DNA from: Candidatus Falkowbacteria bacterium
GTDB lineage: Bacteria; Patescibacteriota; Patescibacteriia; Patescibacteriales; GWE2-39-37
Assembly (NCBI GenBank): GCA_013336275.1
Contig: JAAXUA010000001.1
Span: 142,167-206,166 of the forward strand
Length of the DNA stretch: 64,000 bases
Reading direction: 5' to 3'
The notes beneath the pieces are model-generated. The model was not told the DNA's origin and did no database searches. It was given only the letters and a program-made list of their open reading frames with translations. The position numbers and the translations under genes are program-made. The first letter of the stretch is position 1; each line of letters begins with the position of its first letter. Below are positions 1-9,717 of the stretch, piece by piece.

Positions 1-137
1 CGGAGCAAGAGCAAACCATCCGCTTTAGGGCGGATGATGAAAAGTGGCTCGCTTGAGGGTGTCGGCAACGGCACACCCAGATAGATAATTGCCTCCCGCG
101 AAGCGGCAGACAGAATCCGGCTTACAGCTTGCCTTGG
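1..137 (+). ncRNA. rnpB: RNase P RNA, 3' part (5' truncated by window edge)
   Basis: Conserved blocks CGGAGCAAG..CAAA (1-15), GCTTGAG, P18 hairpin GTGTCG-GCAA-CGGCAC, CAGATAGATAATTG, P19 CCGC-GAA-GCGG and GACAGAATCCGGCTTAC (109-125) occur in the canonical type A order; 3' end approximate. Confidence 0.92.
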
Positions 138-162
138 AATTATTGAGTTTTAATTTCCAATT

Positions 163-1578
163 ATGAAACGATCGGAGCTGGTGTTCTCATTTTTGTTGGT
201 GCCGCTGGATTTCCTAATGATCGTCCTGGCCGGCATCTCGGCCTACAACTTGCGCTTCGCTCAGATTACCACCGAAATCCGGCCGGTAATTTTTAATTTG
301 CCTTTCGCGGAGTTCTTGCAGATCCTACTGGCCATCGCCATGGCCTGGCTGATGATTTTCGCTTTTGCCGGCCTTTACCGCATCAAGGGCACAAAGAGCT
401 TGGTTGAGGAGCTCTACAGTATCGTGCAGGCCTGTTCTACCGGTCTGGTCCTGGTGGTGATCATTCTGTTCTTCTCCCGTGAGTTATTTTCCTCTCGTTT
501 CATCGTATTGGCGGCCTGGCTCTTGGCCATATTGTATATCGTCATCGCCCGCTCGCTTATCCGCCTGATACAACGGGTGCTTTTCAGCTACGACATCGGC
601 GTGCATAAGGTCGTGGTAGTCGGCAATAGTAAGACAGCCGACATTCTGATCAACCGCTTTTCCAGCCAGAAGGCTAGCGGTTATGAGGTGATGAAGCGCC
701 TGCGCGATTTCAGCATCGAAACTTCCCAGGAACTGGAAGAGTTTCTTAAAAACAAGGAAATTGATGAGATTATCCAGGCTGACCCCAACCTTTCCAAAGC
801 TGAAATATTGCGCTTGTTTGATTTTGCTGATGAACATCATCTGACTTTCAAATACGCCGCCGATCTGCTTGATGCCAAGGTTTTGAAGACCGAGGTCGAC
901 GAGATCGCCGGCATCCCGATCGTCGAGGTCCAGCGAACTTCTCTGGAGGGCTGGGGCCGGATCATCAAGCGCTTCTTCGATATCGTCAGTTCGGTGGTCC
1001 TGATTATCTTGACCAGCCCGATCACGATTGTGACGGCAATCATCATCAAGATGGATTCGCGCGGACCGGTCTTCTTTTCCCAGCGCGATGACGGCTCGCC
1101 CGTCTTCCGTGTCGGCCAAGGCGGCAGGTTGTTCCGCTATTTCAAATTCCGCTCAATGCGTCCAGGTACCGACAGTATGCGCTATACCGACCTTGCCGAC
1201 CGCGACTTGCGCTCTGGTTCACCCCTGGTCAAGATCAAGGATGACCCGCGCGTCACTCGGATCGGCCGCTTCATTAGGCGTTACAGCATCGACGAGCTGG
1301 CTGAGCTTTTCCTGGTTTTTCGAGGAGACATGAGTCTCGTGGGACCGAGGCCGCATCTGCCGGAAGAGGTTGCCAAGTACGAGCAGTCGCACAAGAAAGT
1401 GCTGACCATCAAGCCGGGTATCACCGGCTTGGCCCAGGTCTCCGGAAGGAGCGATCTTTCATTCGAGGAAGAAGTGAAGCTCGATACCTATTATATTGAG
1501 AATTGGTCGTTACTGCTCGACCTCTCGATCTTGCTCAAGACGCCATGGGCAGTGCTCAAGAGCCGCAAGGCAGAATAA
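163..1578 (+). CDS. Polyprenyl glycosylphosphotransferase (priming sugar transferase, WcaJ/CpsE family)
   Basis: N-terminal TM helices, KRFFDI..., FKFRSM, DDPRVTRIGRFIRRYSIDEL, MSLVGPRP, KPGITGLAQV. Confidence 0.93.
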   Translation: MKRSELVFSFLLVPLDFLMIVLAGISAYNLRFAQITTEIRPVIFNLPFAEFLQILLAIAMAWLMIFAFAGLYRIKGTKSLVEELYSIVQACSTGLVLVVIILFFSRELFSSRFIVLAAWLLAILYIVIARSLIRLIQRVLFSYDIGVHKVVVVGNSKTADILINRFSSQKASGYEVMKRLRDFSIETSQELEEFLKNKEIDEIIQADPNLSKAEILRLFDFADEHHLTFKYAADLLDAKVLKTEVDEIAGIPIVEVQRTSLEGWGRIIKRFFDIVSSVVLIILTSPITIVTAIIIKMDSRGPVFFSQRDDGSPVFRVGQGGRLFRYFKFRSMRPGTDSMRYTDLADRDLRSGSPLVKIKDDPRVTRIGRFIRRYSIDELAELFLVFRGDMSLVGPRPHLPEEVAKYEQSHKKVLTIKPGITGLAQVSGRSDLSFEEEVKLDTYYIENWSLLLDLSILLKTPWAVLKSRKAE

Positions 1579-1608
1579 TTCGGAAATTTTAGAAACACAT
1601 AGAAACAT

Positions 1609-2727
1609 ATGCGCGTCGCCTTAGTACATGATCACTTGGCACAGGACGGAGGAGCTGAAAAAGTTCTGAAGGTTTTTACCGAACTTTTTCCGACCGCCCC
1701 TATCTACACTTTGCTTTACGAGAAGAATAATGCGGACAAGAACTTTAAGGACAAGCGGATCGAAACCTCGATCATTCAGAAGCTTCCTGGCGGAGTAAAG
1801 CATTATAAATGGTATTTGCCGTTCATGCCGATGGCGGTGGAGTTCTTTGATCTTTCCGGCTATGACTTGGTAATTTCTGACGCCAGCGCTTTCGCCAAGG
1901 GCGTCATCACTTCGACCGAGACCTTGCACATCTGCTATTGCCACACCCCAACTAGGTACCTCTGGAGCGACACGCATCAATACATCAAGGAACTCAGATA
2001 TAACAAATATCTCAAGAAAGTCATCTCCTACATGCTGAGTTCGCTCAGGCTGTGGGATCGCTTGGCGGCCGATCGCGTTGATTCGTATATCGCCAACTCT
2101 CAGTTTATCGCCCAGCGGATCAAGAAATATTATCATCGCGATTCGACCGTCATCTATCCGCCGGTCGAGACGGGCAGTTTTGACATTAGCCAGGAAGTCG
2201 GCGACTATTATCTGATTGGCGGTCGCTTGGCGCCTTATAAACGGGTGGACATAGTTATCGAGGCTTTTATGAAGACGGGGAAGAAGCTTAAGGTTTTCGG
2301 TGATGGGATCGATATGGCCCGCCTCAAGAAGATGGCCGAGGGCCATGAAAATATCGAATTCGTCGGCCGCGTCGACGACCAGGAGAAGGCGGCTTTGTAT
2401 AGCCGATGCTTGGCTTTTATCAACCCTCAGGAGGAGGACTTCGGCATCACGGCTGTCGAAGCCATGGCATCAGGCCGCCCGGTCATTGCCTTGTGCCGCG
2501 GTGGAGCCAAGGAGACCATCATCGGCCGCGAGACGGGAGAATTCTTCTATGAGCAGACTGCTTCGGCCATCGTGGCCGTCCTGAACCGTTTCGACCCGTC
2601 CAAATATGACCCGCAAATGATCAGGCAGCACGCACTGAAATTTTCAAGGGAGCGTTTCGTTCGTGAAATCAAGCAATTCATAGAGAAGGAGTACGAGAAT
2701 TTTTCGGACAAAGTCTGCAAGCTTTAA
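1609..2727 (+). CDS. Glycosyltransferase family 4
   Basis: MRVALVHDHL..GGAEKVL, YCHTPTRY, EDFGITAVEAMASGRPVI. Confidence 0.92.
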   Translation: MRVALVHDHLAQDGGAEKVLKVFTELFPTAPIYTLLYEKNNADKNFKDKRIETSIIQKLPGGVKHYKWYLPFMPMAVEFFDLSGYDLVISDASAFAKGVITSTETLHICYCHTPTRYLWSDTHQYIKELRYNKYLKKVISYMLSSLRLWDRLAADRVDSYIANSQFIAQRIKKYYHRDSTVIYPPVETGSFDISQEVGDYYLIGGRLAPYKRVDIVIEAFMKTGKKLKVFGDGIDMARLKKMAEGHENIEFVGRVDDQEKAALYSRCLAFINPQEEDFGITAVEAMASGRPVIALCRGGAKETIIGRETGEFFYEQTASAIVAVLNRFDPSKYDPQMIRQHALKFSRERFVREIKQFIEKEYENFSDKVCKL

Positions 2728-2730
2728 GAT

Positions 2731-3879
2731 ATGAAAATCGGCTTCGACATCCGACCGCTGATGGACTCGAGCTATAGCGGAGTTTCAGAGTTTACTAAAG
2801 AAATACTCTTGGGCATGCTGGCGCTCGACCAAGAAGATGATTTCCGTCTGTATTACAATTCATTCAGGCAGGTTGAGCACCGTTTCCCGGAATTCAAACA
2901 GGGGAATGTCCATGTCACCTCGACACATTATCCGAATAAGCTTTTCAACTACATATTTCAAAAGCATTTGCATTGGCCCAAGCTTGATCGTTCGGCCGAA
3001 GCAGATGTTTTTTTTGCTCCTCACATAAATTTTTATGCCCTATCCCGATCATGCCCGAGCATTCTGGTCGTGCATGACCTGTCGTTTTTGCGATATCCGC
3101 ATTTCTTTTCTTGGCGCAAAAATGTCTGGCATTCGCAACTGGCAGCCAAGAAACTGGTACATGAGTTTACGAAGGTTGTGGCTATCAGCGAGAACACTAA
3201 GACTGACTTAGTCGAACTTTGCGGGGTAAAGCCTGAAAAAATAGAGGTCATACACTCCGGAATCGCTTCGTCATATGCTCCGGTGGAACGCCGCAGCCAG
3301 GCAGTTCTTGAAGCCAGAAAAAAATACGGATTGGCTGGTAGATTCATCATGACCCTTGGAACGGTCGAGCCAAGAAAGAATATCGAGGGGCTGATCAAGG
3401 CGTTTGAAATCATGCTTGATAACAATCAGGGTTTGGGCGATCTGGAGCTTGTCATTGCCGGCGGTCGCGGCTGGAAGAGCGAGGCGATTATAAAGACGTG
3501 GCAGACTTCCAGATACCGTGACAAGATCAAGTTCATCGGTTACGTAGACAATCGTGACAAATCGTCGTTGTACAGTTCGGCCGAGCTATTCGTCTTCCCG
3601 TCTTTTTACGAAGGTTTCGGCTTTCCGCCGCTCGAAGCCATGGCTTGCGGCACCCCCGTCGTTTCCAGCTTCGCCTCAAGCCTTCCGGAGGTGCTCGGTA
3701 CGGCTGCAGCTTATGCCGACCCGTTTGATGCAGCTGATATGGCCAAGGCCATGGCGTCCGTACTGGCAGATGAAGAGGCCTCGGCTGATTTGAGAAAGAA
3801 GGGTTTGGCGCAGGCTGCAAGATTCACCTGGCCGGCCGCATCTGAAAAATATTTGAAATTGATAAGAAGCGTAAGGTGA
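2731..3879 (+). CDS. Glycosyltransferase family 4
   Basis: GTVEPRKN, PSFYEGFGFPPLEAMACGTPV. Confidence 0.92.
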   Translation: MKIGFDIRPLMDSSYSGVSEFTKEILLGMLALDQEDDFRLYYNSFRQVEHRFPEFKQGNVHVTSTHYPNKLFNYIFQKHLHWPKLDRSAEADVFFAPHINFYALSRSCPSILVVHDLSFLRYPHFFSWRKNVWHSQLAAKKLVHEFTKVVAISENTKTDLVELCGVKPEKIEVIHSGIASSYAPVERRSQAVLEARKKYGLAGRFIMTLGTVEPRKNIEGLIKAFEIMLDNNQGLGDLELVIAGGRGWKSEAIIKTWQTSRYRDKIKFIGYVDNRDKSSLYSSAELFVFPSFYEGFGFPPLEAMACGTPVVSSFASSLPEVLGTAAAYADPFDAADMAKAMASVLADEEASADLRKKGLAQAARFTWPAASEKYLKLIRSVR

Positions 3880-3925
3880 ATAACCATTCCGGTTGATTTA
3901 CCCCAACGAAAATTTATTTAGGAGA

Positions 3926-3960
3926 ATAAGAAAAACGGCCGAGCAGGCCGTTTTTCTTAT
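3926..3960. terminator. Bidirectional intrinsic terminator
   Basis: ATAAGAAAAACGGCC-GAGCA-GGCCGTTTTTCTTAT between convergent genes. Confidence 0.8.
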
Positions 3961-4640
3961 CTGATGGTAGTGCCTTTGAATTTTTTTTCTTGGAGACAGA
4001 GTTTGAGGTTTTTCAAGTCCTTGCCGTCGAGAATATCAACTTCCATTCCTAGCCTTTCTGCAAGCTTGCTAGCAATCGGGTCGAAAGGAGAGTTCGAACC
4101 AGGGGACCATTTTTCAGGAAGCAGTTTGCGGAAATCTTGCCAGTTGGACATTTCGATTTTTTTGGCATCCTTGAATTTCTTCGGATCACGGTCGTAAACG
4201 TATTCGATATTGGATAAGTTGATCAGTCTTTTGGCGCCAAGCTGTTCGGCGATCAAGACGGCATCATAATCGGTCGACCAGCCTGGCTTCCAGCCAGCGG
4301 CAATCAGCACGCTTTCTTTGAAGTCGATCTTCTCGGTCGGGTCTTTGATAATTGCGGGATGGGCGGTTTGGTAGAAGATGGTGCGCATCAGATGGCTGTT
4401 GATCCGGGTGGCGTGGATGCCCAGCCAATCGATATCTTCGTCAGTCAGTTTGATTACGCTTTTGGCGGCTGACTGGTAAACCCTGGCGGTTCTGCCGCCG
4501 CCGCAGATGATAACGAAACGCTGGCCCTTGGCGGTCAGGCCGTCGATCAACCGCTTGAAGCCTTTAAGGAATGCCGTGTCTATGCCATCAGGCACGATCA
4601 GGGAGCCGCCGAGAGAAATTATGGTGATATTTTTGTCCAT
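3957..4640 (-). CDS. pyrH: UMP kinase (archaeal-type)
   Basis: ISLGGSLI, GGGRTAR.YQ, DWLGIHATRIN, GWKPGWSTD, NIEYVYDRDP, PGSNSPFDP; start placed at ATG 4640. Confidence 0.88.
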   Translation of the reverse strand: MDKNITIISLGGSLIVPDGIDTAFLKGFKRLIDGLTAKGQRFVIICGGGRTARVYQSAAKSVIKLTDEDIDWLGIHATRINSHLMRTIFYQTAHPAIIKDPTEKIDFKESVLIAAGWKPGWSTDYDAVLIAEQLGAKRLINLSNIEYVYDRDPKKFKDAKKIEMSNWQDFRKLLPEKWSPGSNSPFDPIASKLAERLGMEVDILDGKDLKNLKLCLQEKKFKGTTIR

Positions 4641-4647
4641 AAGCAAG

Positions 4648-4673
4648 AAAAAAAGAGGGAGCGATGCTCCCTC
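4648..4673 (-). terminator. Intrinsic terminator after SOD gene
   Basis: Minus strand GAGGGAGC-ATC-GCTCCCTC followed by T7. Confidence 0.7.
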
Positions 4674-4683
4674 GGAATAATAA

Positions 4684-5262
4684 TTATAATCTGGCGGCAA
4701 CGGCCTCCCAATCGATGACCTTCATGACTGCATCGATGTAATCAGCCCGCTTCAAGCCGTAGTCGATCATGAAGGCATGTTCGAAGACATCAATGACGAG
4801 CAATGGCTTAGCACCGGCCAGGTGGGCTTGGTCGTGCTCGTTGACCCAAGAGATAAGCAGCTGGTCGGCGGCTGGGTCGTGATAGAGGACTGCCCAGCCG
4901 ATGCCGCGCATCGAAGCGACGGAACGCAGCTCCGCTTCGAAGTTTTCCATCGAGATGAAATCGGCGGTTATTTTCTGGATCAAGGCGGAATTGAAATCAT
5001 AAGGAGCCGGCTTGTTTGTCAGATTGGCGAAGTAGAGCTCATGCAAGCGCATGCCGTTCCATTCCCAGCCCATCCTCCGGCGCAACTCGGCAGCCTGAGG
5101 CGAAGATTGTTGGCCGGCGGCGAGGAGGCTCTTGAGTTCCTCAAGTACCTTGTTGGTATTGGTGACGTAGCCTTGGTAAAGGGTAAAATGATTCGTAAGC
5201 AATTGGTCGGAAATGCCTGGTATGCCCAGAAGATTATCAAAGTTTTTTGCGGCGTAAGCCAT
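4684..5262 (-). CDS. Fe/Mn superoxide dismutase family protein
   Basis: HFTLYQGYV, LHELYF, GIGWAVL, DVFEHAF (DxxEHA) metal-ligand motifs. Confidence 0.88.
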   Translation of the reverse strand: MAYAAKNFDNLLGIPGISDQLLTNHFTLYQGYVTNTNKVLEELKSLLAAGQQSSPQAAELRRRMGWEWNGMRLHELYFANLTNKPAPYDFNSALIQKITADFISMENFEAELRSVASMRGIGWAVLYHDPAADQLLISWVNEHDQAHLAGAKPLLVIDVFEHAFMIDYGLKRADYIDAVMKVIDWEAVAARL

Positions 5263-5284
5263 ATGTTTGATTTATGATTATTTA

Positions 5285-5755
5285 TTAGACTGGCAGTTGT
5301 CCTTGGGCATCAAGCAAGTCTTTGATCTTGTGAGCATGAAGGTTAGTTGCGTCTTCAAGCTCGGAAAAAACCTTTTTCAATTCAGGGGAATCGGTCTGAA
5401 AAACGATAAAGAATTTCTGTTCAATCATGCTATTTTCCAAGTCGCGCGATATCGAGAGCGCTTTCAAGACCGGAATATCTTCCAATCGCGCCTCTGTGAC
5501 TTTTTGGGAAAGATATTGCAAGGAAGTCGTGATGGCGGGCAGCTTGAACAGGTGCTCGTCGAAAGACAATTCACCCCGGTTAGCCCTTTTGTTGAGGGCG
5601 TGCAACCAGCGGGCATGATCTATCTCTTCCGAGGCGATATCTTGCCAAAAGGCCTGATAATAGTCGTATTTCTGGCTATAAATCTGGTAAAGTTGGCTCA
5701 AGGTCTCCTCATGGGTGGCCATGAGCTCGATAAGGCTATCTTTTTGGTTGGTCAT
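5285..5755 (-). CDS. Ferritin-like / rubrerythrin-family four-helix protein
   Basis: HEETLSQLY, EEIDHARW, DLENS and a C-terminal His; pattern of a diiron ferritin-like bundle. Confidence 0.7.
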   Translation of the reverse strand: MTNQKDSLIELMATHEETLSQLYQIYSQKYDYYQAFWQDIASEEIDHARWLHALNKRANRGELSFDEHLFKLPAITTSLQYLSQKVTEARLEDIPVLKALSISRDLENSMIEQKFFIVFQTDSPELKKVFSELEDATNLHAHKIKDLLDAQGQLPV

Positions 5756-5823
5756 ATATTGATTTATTGGCTTAACTTGCTTAAATTATAGCATAATGCC
5801 AAGGTTAGGGCTATAATTATATT

Positions 5824-7257
5824 ATGTCACCCAACATTAAGATAAGGTTAATTTTATGGTCAGCTTTAGCCCTGGTTACGGGGTGGCTTTTGTATATGGG
5901 GGTGGTGCCAAGCGGGCGGATTACCTATAAAATCGACTTTAAAAATCCTGGGTACTTCATTCGCAAGCTCACGCCCGAGGAGCGCGTTTTGCCTCCAAGC
6001 GGCGGGGAACAGTCGATTGTCGGCGATCCGGCATATTTCGCCGTGCGCACGCCTCGAGCCTTCGCTCGAGCCAAGGTTACTGTCAAGTATAAAGCCCCGG
6101 ATGATATCAAAGTAATCGAAGCGGGGGTACTTACTGACAAAAGGGTCTGGCGCTACCAGACCAAGCCATTGGAAAATCGCAATCTGGATGAGCTGTCGGA
6201 TAGTTGGTCCTCCATACGCCAGGGGCAGACTCTGCTTTTGCAGAAGGAGAAAAAGTTCGCGAATCTCGATGATTTTTTCCGCAACCTGCCAGAGCCGCGC
6301 CGGGTGGCTGTTTATAATTTCGGCTTAGCGGCGCCCTTCAAGCTTTTCGATTATCAACCGGGCACATCGACCAATCAGTTCGCCTATCCTATACGGGGGA
6401 GTTACCAGTTTCATACCTACATTAAGGACGAGAAGTTATCTTTCCATCTCGCGATCCGTGACCTTAATCTTAATCGAGATTCGGATCCTGTCGAGCTGAA
6501 GCTTTGGCAAGGTTCAAGATTGCTGCAGAGCGTTAAGCTTCAAGATGACGGAGTCGCCGGCGATACGGGCAAAGCAGCACAGCCCCGCGAGCTCAAATTG
6601 GAGGCTTCTAGGCTGCCAGAAGCCGCTTATCGGCTTGAGCTGGCAGGGAACGATGATATCGTGACAGACAGCATCGAGACACCACAATCAAAGCTGGCTT
6701 TCATTAATAAAGTCTGGTTCGCCGAGGGCGCTAAGAAACCGATAGTCTTGGACACGGATAGCCAAGAGGTCAATGTTCAGACTTTGAATCCCTCCAAGCT
6801 CTCGACGGTGACGGTCGGCCAAAACAAATTGGCCGTAACCGAAACTTATCGGCAATACAGCGTCACGACGAAAGACAGACTGACAAGAGTAGTCTTGCCT
6901 CAAGACGATATGATCGTTTCGGGTGACGGCGTCTTTTCCTTGGTTGGCAGTTTCGTTGACCCGGGCTTTCTGAAAGTAGGCCCGAATTTCTTTCCTGGCC
7001 AGCGCGGCGTCGAATTCGTAGTAGCTGATTACACCCCGCCAAAAACGGATAAGGATGGCTGGCGGACGGCTGAAGCCGAATTCGAGCTGGGCCAGTCAGC
7101 TTACCGGGAATTTTACAAATACAGCTTCATGATATCTATACCTGGGCTGAAAGCGGAGGAGGAGCCTCAACGCAAACTGGTCTTGAAGGAAATAGCTATC
7201 GAATTCAGCGGCAGCAGCTGGTGGGGCAAATTTAAAAATATTTTTTATGAGAAATAA
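5824..7257 (+). CDS. Hypothetical membrane-anchored protein
   Basis: 477 aa ORF, N-terminal TM segment, no recognised motif. Confidence 0.7.
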   Translation: MSPNIKIRLILWSALALVTGWLLYMGVVPSGRITYKIDFKNPGYFIRKLTPEERVLPPSGGEQSIVGDPAYFAVRTPRAFARAKVTVKYKAPDDIKVIEAGVLTDKRVWRYQTKPLENRNLDELSDSWSSIRQGQTLLLQKEKKFANLDDFFRNLPEPRRVAVYNFGLAAPFKLFDYQPGTSTNQFAYPIRGSYQFHTYIKDEKLSFHLAIRDLNLNRDSDPVELKLWQGSRLLQSVKLQDDGVAGDTGKAAQPRELKLEASRLPEAAYRLELAGNDDIVTDSIETPQSKLAFINKVWFAEGAKKPIVLDTDSQEVNVQTLNPSKLSTVTVGQNKLAVTETYRQYSVTTKDRLTRVVLPQDDMIVSGDGVFSLVGSFVDPGFLKVGPNFFPGQRGVEFVVADYTPPKTDKDGWRTAEAEFELGQSAYREFYKYSFMISIPGLKAEEEPQRKLVLKEIAIEFSGSSWWGKFKNIFYEK

Positions 7258-7435
7258 GGAAGTGATCATAACCGAGGCATTTTATGCTTTAACAGGTGCG
7301 CTGGCGGTTTTTACCGCGCTTGAGTTGGCCTGGCCGGGAGTTGTTTTGGCTTATATTAACATAAATGCAGTCTTGCTTTTTTGGCTGGTTTTTGGTATCC
7401 TAAAACTTAGAAAAGGCTCAGAAAAAGGGCTTTAA
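7247..7435 (+). CDS. Small membrane protein (2 TM)
   Basis: 62 aa hydrophobic ORF overlapping the upstream stop. Confidence 0.6.
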   Translation: MRNKEVIITEAFYALTGALAVFTALELAWPGVVLAYININAVLLFWLVFGILKLRKGSEKGL

Positions 7436-7458
7436 TTTGTTTAATTTTAGCAATTATT

Positions 7459-7908
7459 ATGATTGAAGGAGTCGTGATCAAAACGCTGGCCCAGTACAAA
7501 GATGACCGCGGTTGGCTGGCTGAAATCTATCGCAACGACGAAACCGATTACCGCAGCGTCATGGGTTACGTCAGTTTGACTAACGAAGGCATAGTCCGTG
7601 GACCGCATGAGCACGTCTCGCAGGCCGACTGTTTTTATTTCGTCGGACCAGGCACCTTTTCTTTACACCTGTGGGATCGCCGCGAAGGCAGCCCGACCAA
7701 TGGCGAATACGTCAACGTCGAGGTGGGAGAGAACAATCCGGCCATGGCAATCGTGCCGCCTGGGGTGGTGCATGGCTATAAGTGCATCAAGGGCCCGGCG
7801 TATTCCATCAACCTGCCGGACAAGCTTTACAAGGGAGAGAATAAGCAGGAGGAAATAGACGAGATTCGCTGGGAGGAAAAGCCGGACTCGCCATACCATA
7901 TCGTTTAA
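7459..7908 (+). CDS. rmlC: dTDP-4-dehydrorhamnose 3,5-epimerase
   Basis: DDRGWLAE, VRGPHEH, VPPGVVHGY cupin motifs. Confidence 0.85.
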   Translation: MIEGVVIKTLAQYKDDRGWLAEIYRNDETDYRSVMGYVSLTNEGIVRGPHEHVSQADCFYFVGPGTFSLHLWDRREGSPTNGEYVNVEVGENNPAMAIVPPGVVHGYKCIKGPAYSINLPDKLYKGENKQEEIDEIRWEEKPDSPYHIV

Positions 7909-7924
7909 TAATGATTTGAAAAAT

Positions 7925-8314
7925 ATGAGCGACTGCATCTTCTGCAAAATCGTCAAAGGCGAGATCCCCTCGGCTAAAATTTATGAGGATGATAAAGTTT
8001 TCGCATTTTTGGATATTAACCCGGTTAATTATGGTCACACCTTGGTCATTCCCAAAGAACATCACCAGATGATGCAGGACGTGCCCGATGACTTATTGGC
8101 CTATTGCTATGTCCAAGCCAAAAAACTCATGATCAAGATCAAGGCGGGGCTTGAGGCCGATTACGTTTCCGTGTCCGTCGTCGGGCTCGACGTGCCGCAT
8201 TTCCATATCCACCTGATTCCTCGATTTTATGATGACGGCTTGGCCGGGTTCTGGCCGACCAAGAAATACGGCGAGGGCGAGATGCAGCAAATTCTGAGTA
8301 GGTTAGCCGAATAA
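7925..8314 (+). CDS. HIT family hydrolase
   Basis: CIFCKI, AFLDINP..GHTLVIPK, VPHFHIHLIPR. Confidence 0.93.
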   Translation: MSDCIFCKIVKGEIPSAKIYEDDKVFAFLDINPVNYGHTLVIPKEHHQMMQDVPDDLLAYCYVQAKKLMIKIKAGLEADYVSVSVVGLDVPHFHIHLIPRFYDDGLAGFWPTKKYGEGEMQQILSRLAE

Positions 8315-8315
8315 T

Positions 8316-8690
8316 ATGACGCTGATAGAACCGGGAATAAAGAAATTGATAGAGAACAACGCAGTGGCGTTTACGACGATCAGTCCTGACGGCTCGCCGC
8401 ATTCGATTGCCGTTGCATATTGCAAAGTTTTCGGTGACCAGGTCATCATCACTAACTCCCACATGGAAGAGTCTGTCGGAAATCTCAAGGCCGATGACCG
8501 CGTCGCTATGGCGGTTTGGAACAAGGAGTGGGAGGAGGCTTGCGTGGGCTTCGAGCTTCGAGGCACGGCTGAAAGCCAGACCGAAGGCAAGTGGTTCGAG
8601 TTCGTCAAAGAGATGCCGGACAATGAAGGTTATGACGTCAGGAGCGCCATCGTAGTCAAGGTTACTAATGTTAAAAAGTTATTATCATAA
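8316..8690 (+). CDS. Pyridoxamine 5'-phosphate oxidase-like FMN-binding protein
   Basis: TISPDGSPH, NLKADDRVAMAV, GFELRGTA split-barrel pattern. Confidence 0.75.
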   Translation: MTLIEPGIKKLIENNAVAFTTISPDGSPHSIAVAYCKVFGDQVIITNSHMEESVGNLKADDRVAMAVWNKEWEEACVGFELRGTAESQTEGKWFEFVKEMPDNEGYDVRSAIVVKVTNVKKLLS

Positions 8691-8691
8691 T

Positions 8692-9672
8692 ATGAAACTA
8701 CTCGTTACCGGCGGCGCCGGCTTCATCGGTTCCAATTTCATCCGTTACTGGCTCAAGAATCATCCTGACGATTATATCGTCAATCTTGACTTGCTGACTT
8801 ATGCCGGCAACGCCGACAACCTCAAAGATATCGAGGAGAAGAACTATAATTACGAATTGGTCGAAGGTGATATCTGTGATGCAGGATTGGTGCACGATCT
8901 AGTCCAGGGCGTCAGCTTGATCGTCCACTTCGCGGCCGAGTCGCACGTCGACCGCTCGATCAGCGATTCGAGTCCGTTTGTCAGGACCAATGTCCTTGGC
9001 ACGCAAGTATTGCTTGACGCCGCCAAAAATAATGGCAATATCCGTTTCCATCACGTTTCGACCGATGAGGTTTTCGGCTCACTGGAGCTGGATGGGGACA
9101 AGTTCCGCGAGACCACGCCTTACGACCCAAGGAGCCCCTACAGCGCCTCCAAGGCGGCCTCTGACCATTTGGTGCGGGCTTATTGGCATACGCATAAGCT
9201 GCCGGTAACCATTTCCAACTGCACTAACAATTACGGCCCTTACCAATTCCCGGAAAAATTGATTCCGTTATTCGTCACCAATCTTATGGAGGGCAAAAAA
9301 GTCCCGGTTTATGGACGCGGCTCCAACATCCGTGATTGGATTTATGTCGATGACCATAATGCTGGCGTCGAGGCGATAATCGAACGCGGCAAAATCGGCG
9401 AAACCTATTGTTTGGGAGGAGAGAATGAGCTTTCAAATTTGGAAATCACTAACGATATCCTCAAGATGATGGGTGTCGGCGATGAGATGGTTGAATATGT
9501 CGAGGACCGTAAGGGTCATGACTTCCGTTATGCTATGGATATTTCTAAAGCTAAACAAGAGCTCGAGTGGTACCCGAAGATAGATTTTAAGACAGGTCTC
9601 GAGAAAACCGTGGCTTGGTACAAGGAAAATCCTGAATGGTGGCAGAAACTTAAGTCTAGGCACCACGGTTAA
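8692..9672 (+). CDS. rmlB: dTDP-glucose 4,6-dehydratase
   Basis: GGAGFIGSN, LTYAGN, AAESHVDRS, STDEV, YSASK, NNYGPYQFPEK. Confidence 0.96.
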   Translation: MKLLVTGGAGFIGSNFIRYWLKNHPDDYIVNLDLLTYAGNADNLKDIEEKNYNYELVEGDICDAGLVHDLVQGVSLIVHFAAESHVDRSISDSSPFVRTNVLGTQVLLDAAKNNGNIRFHHVSTDEVFGSLELDGDKFRETTPYDPRSPYSASKAASDHLVRAYWHTHKLPVTISNCTNNYGPYQFPEKLIPLFVTNLMEGKKVPVYGRGSNIRDWIYVDDHNAGVEAIIERGKIGETYCLGGENELSNLEITNDILKMMGVGDEMVEYVEDRKGHDFRYAMDISKAKQELEWYPKIDFKTGLEKTVAWYKENPEWWQKLKSRHHG

Positions 9673-9717
9673 GAAAATACTACTTGGCTTGACGACGACC
9701 CACAAAGTCGGAAATTT

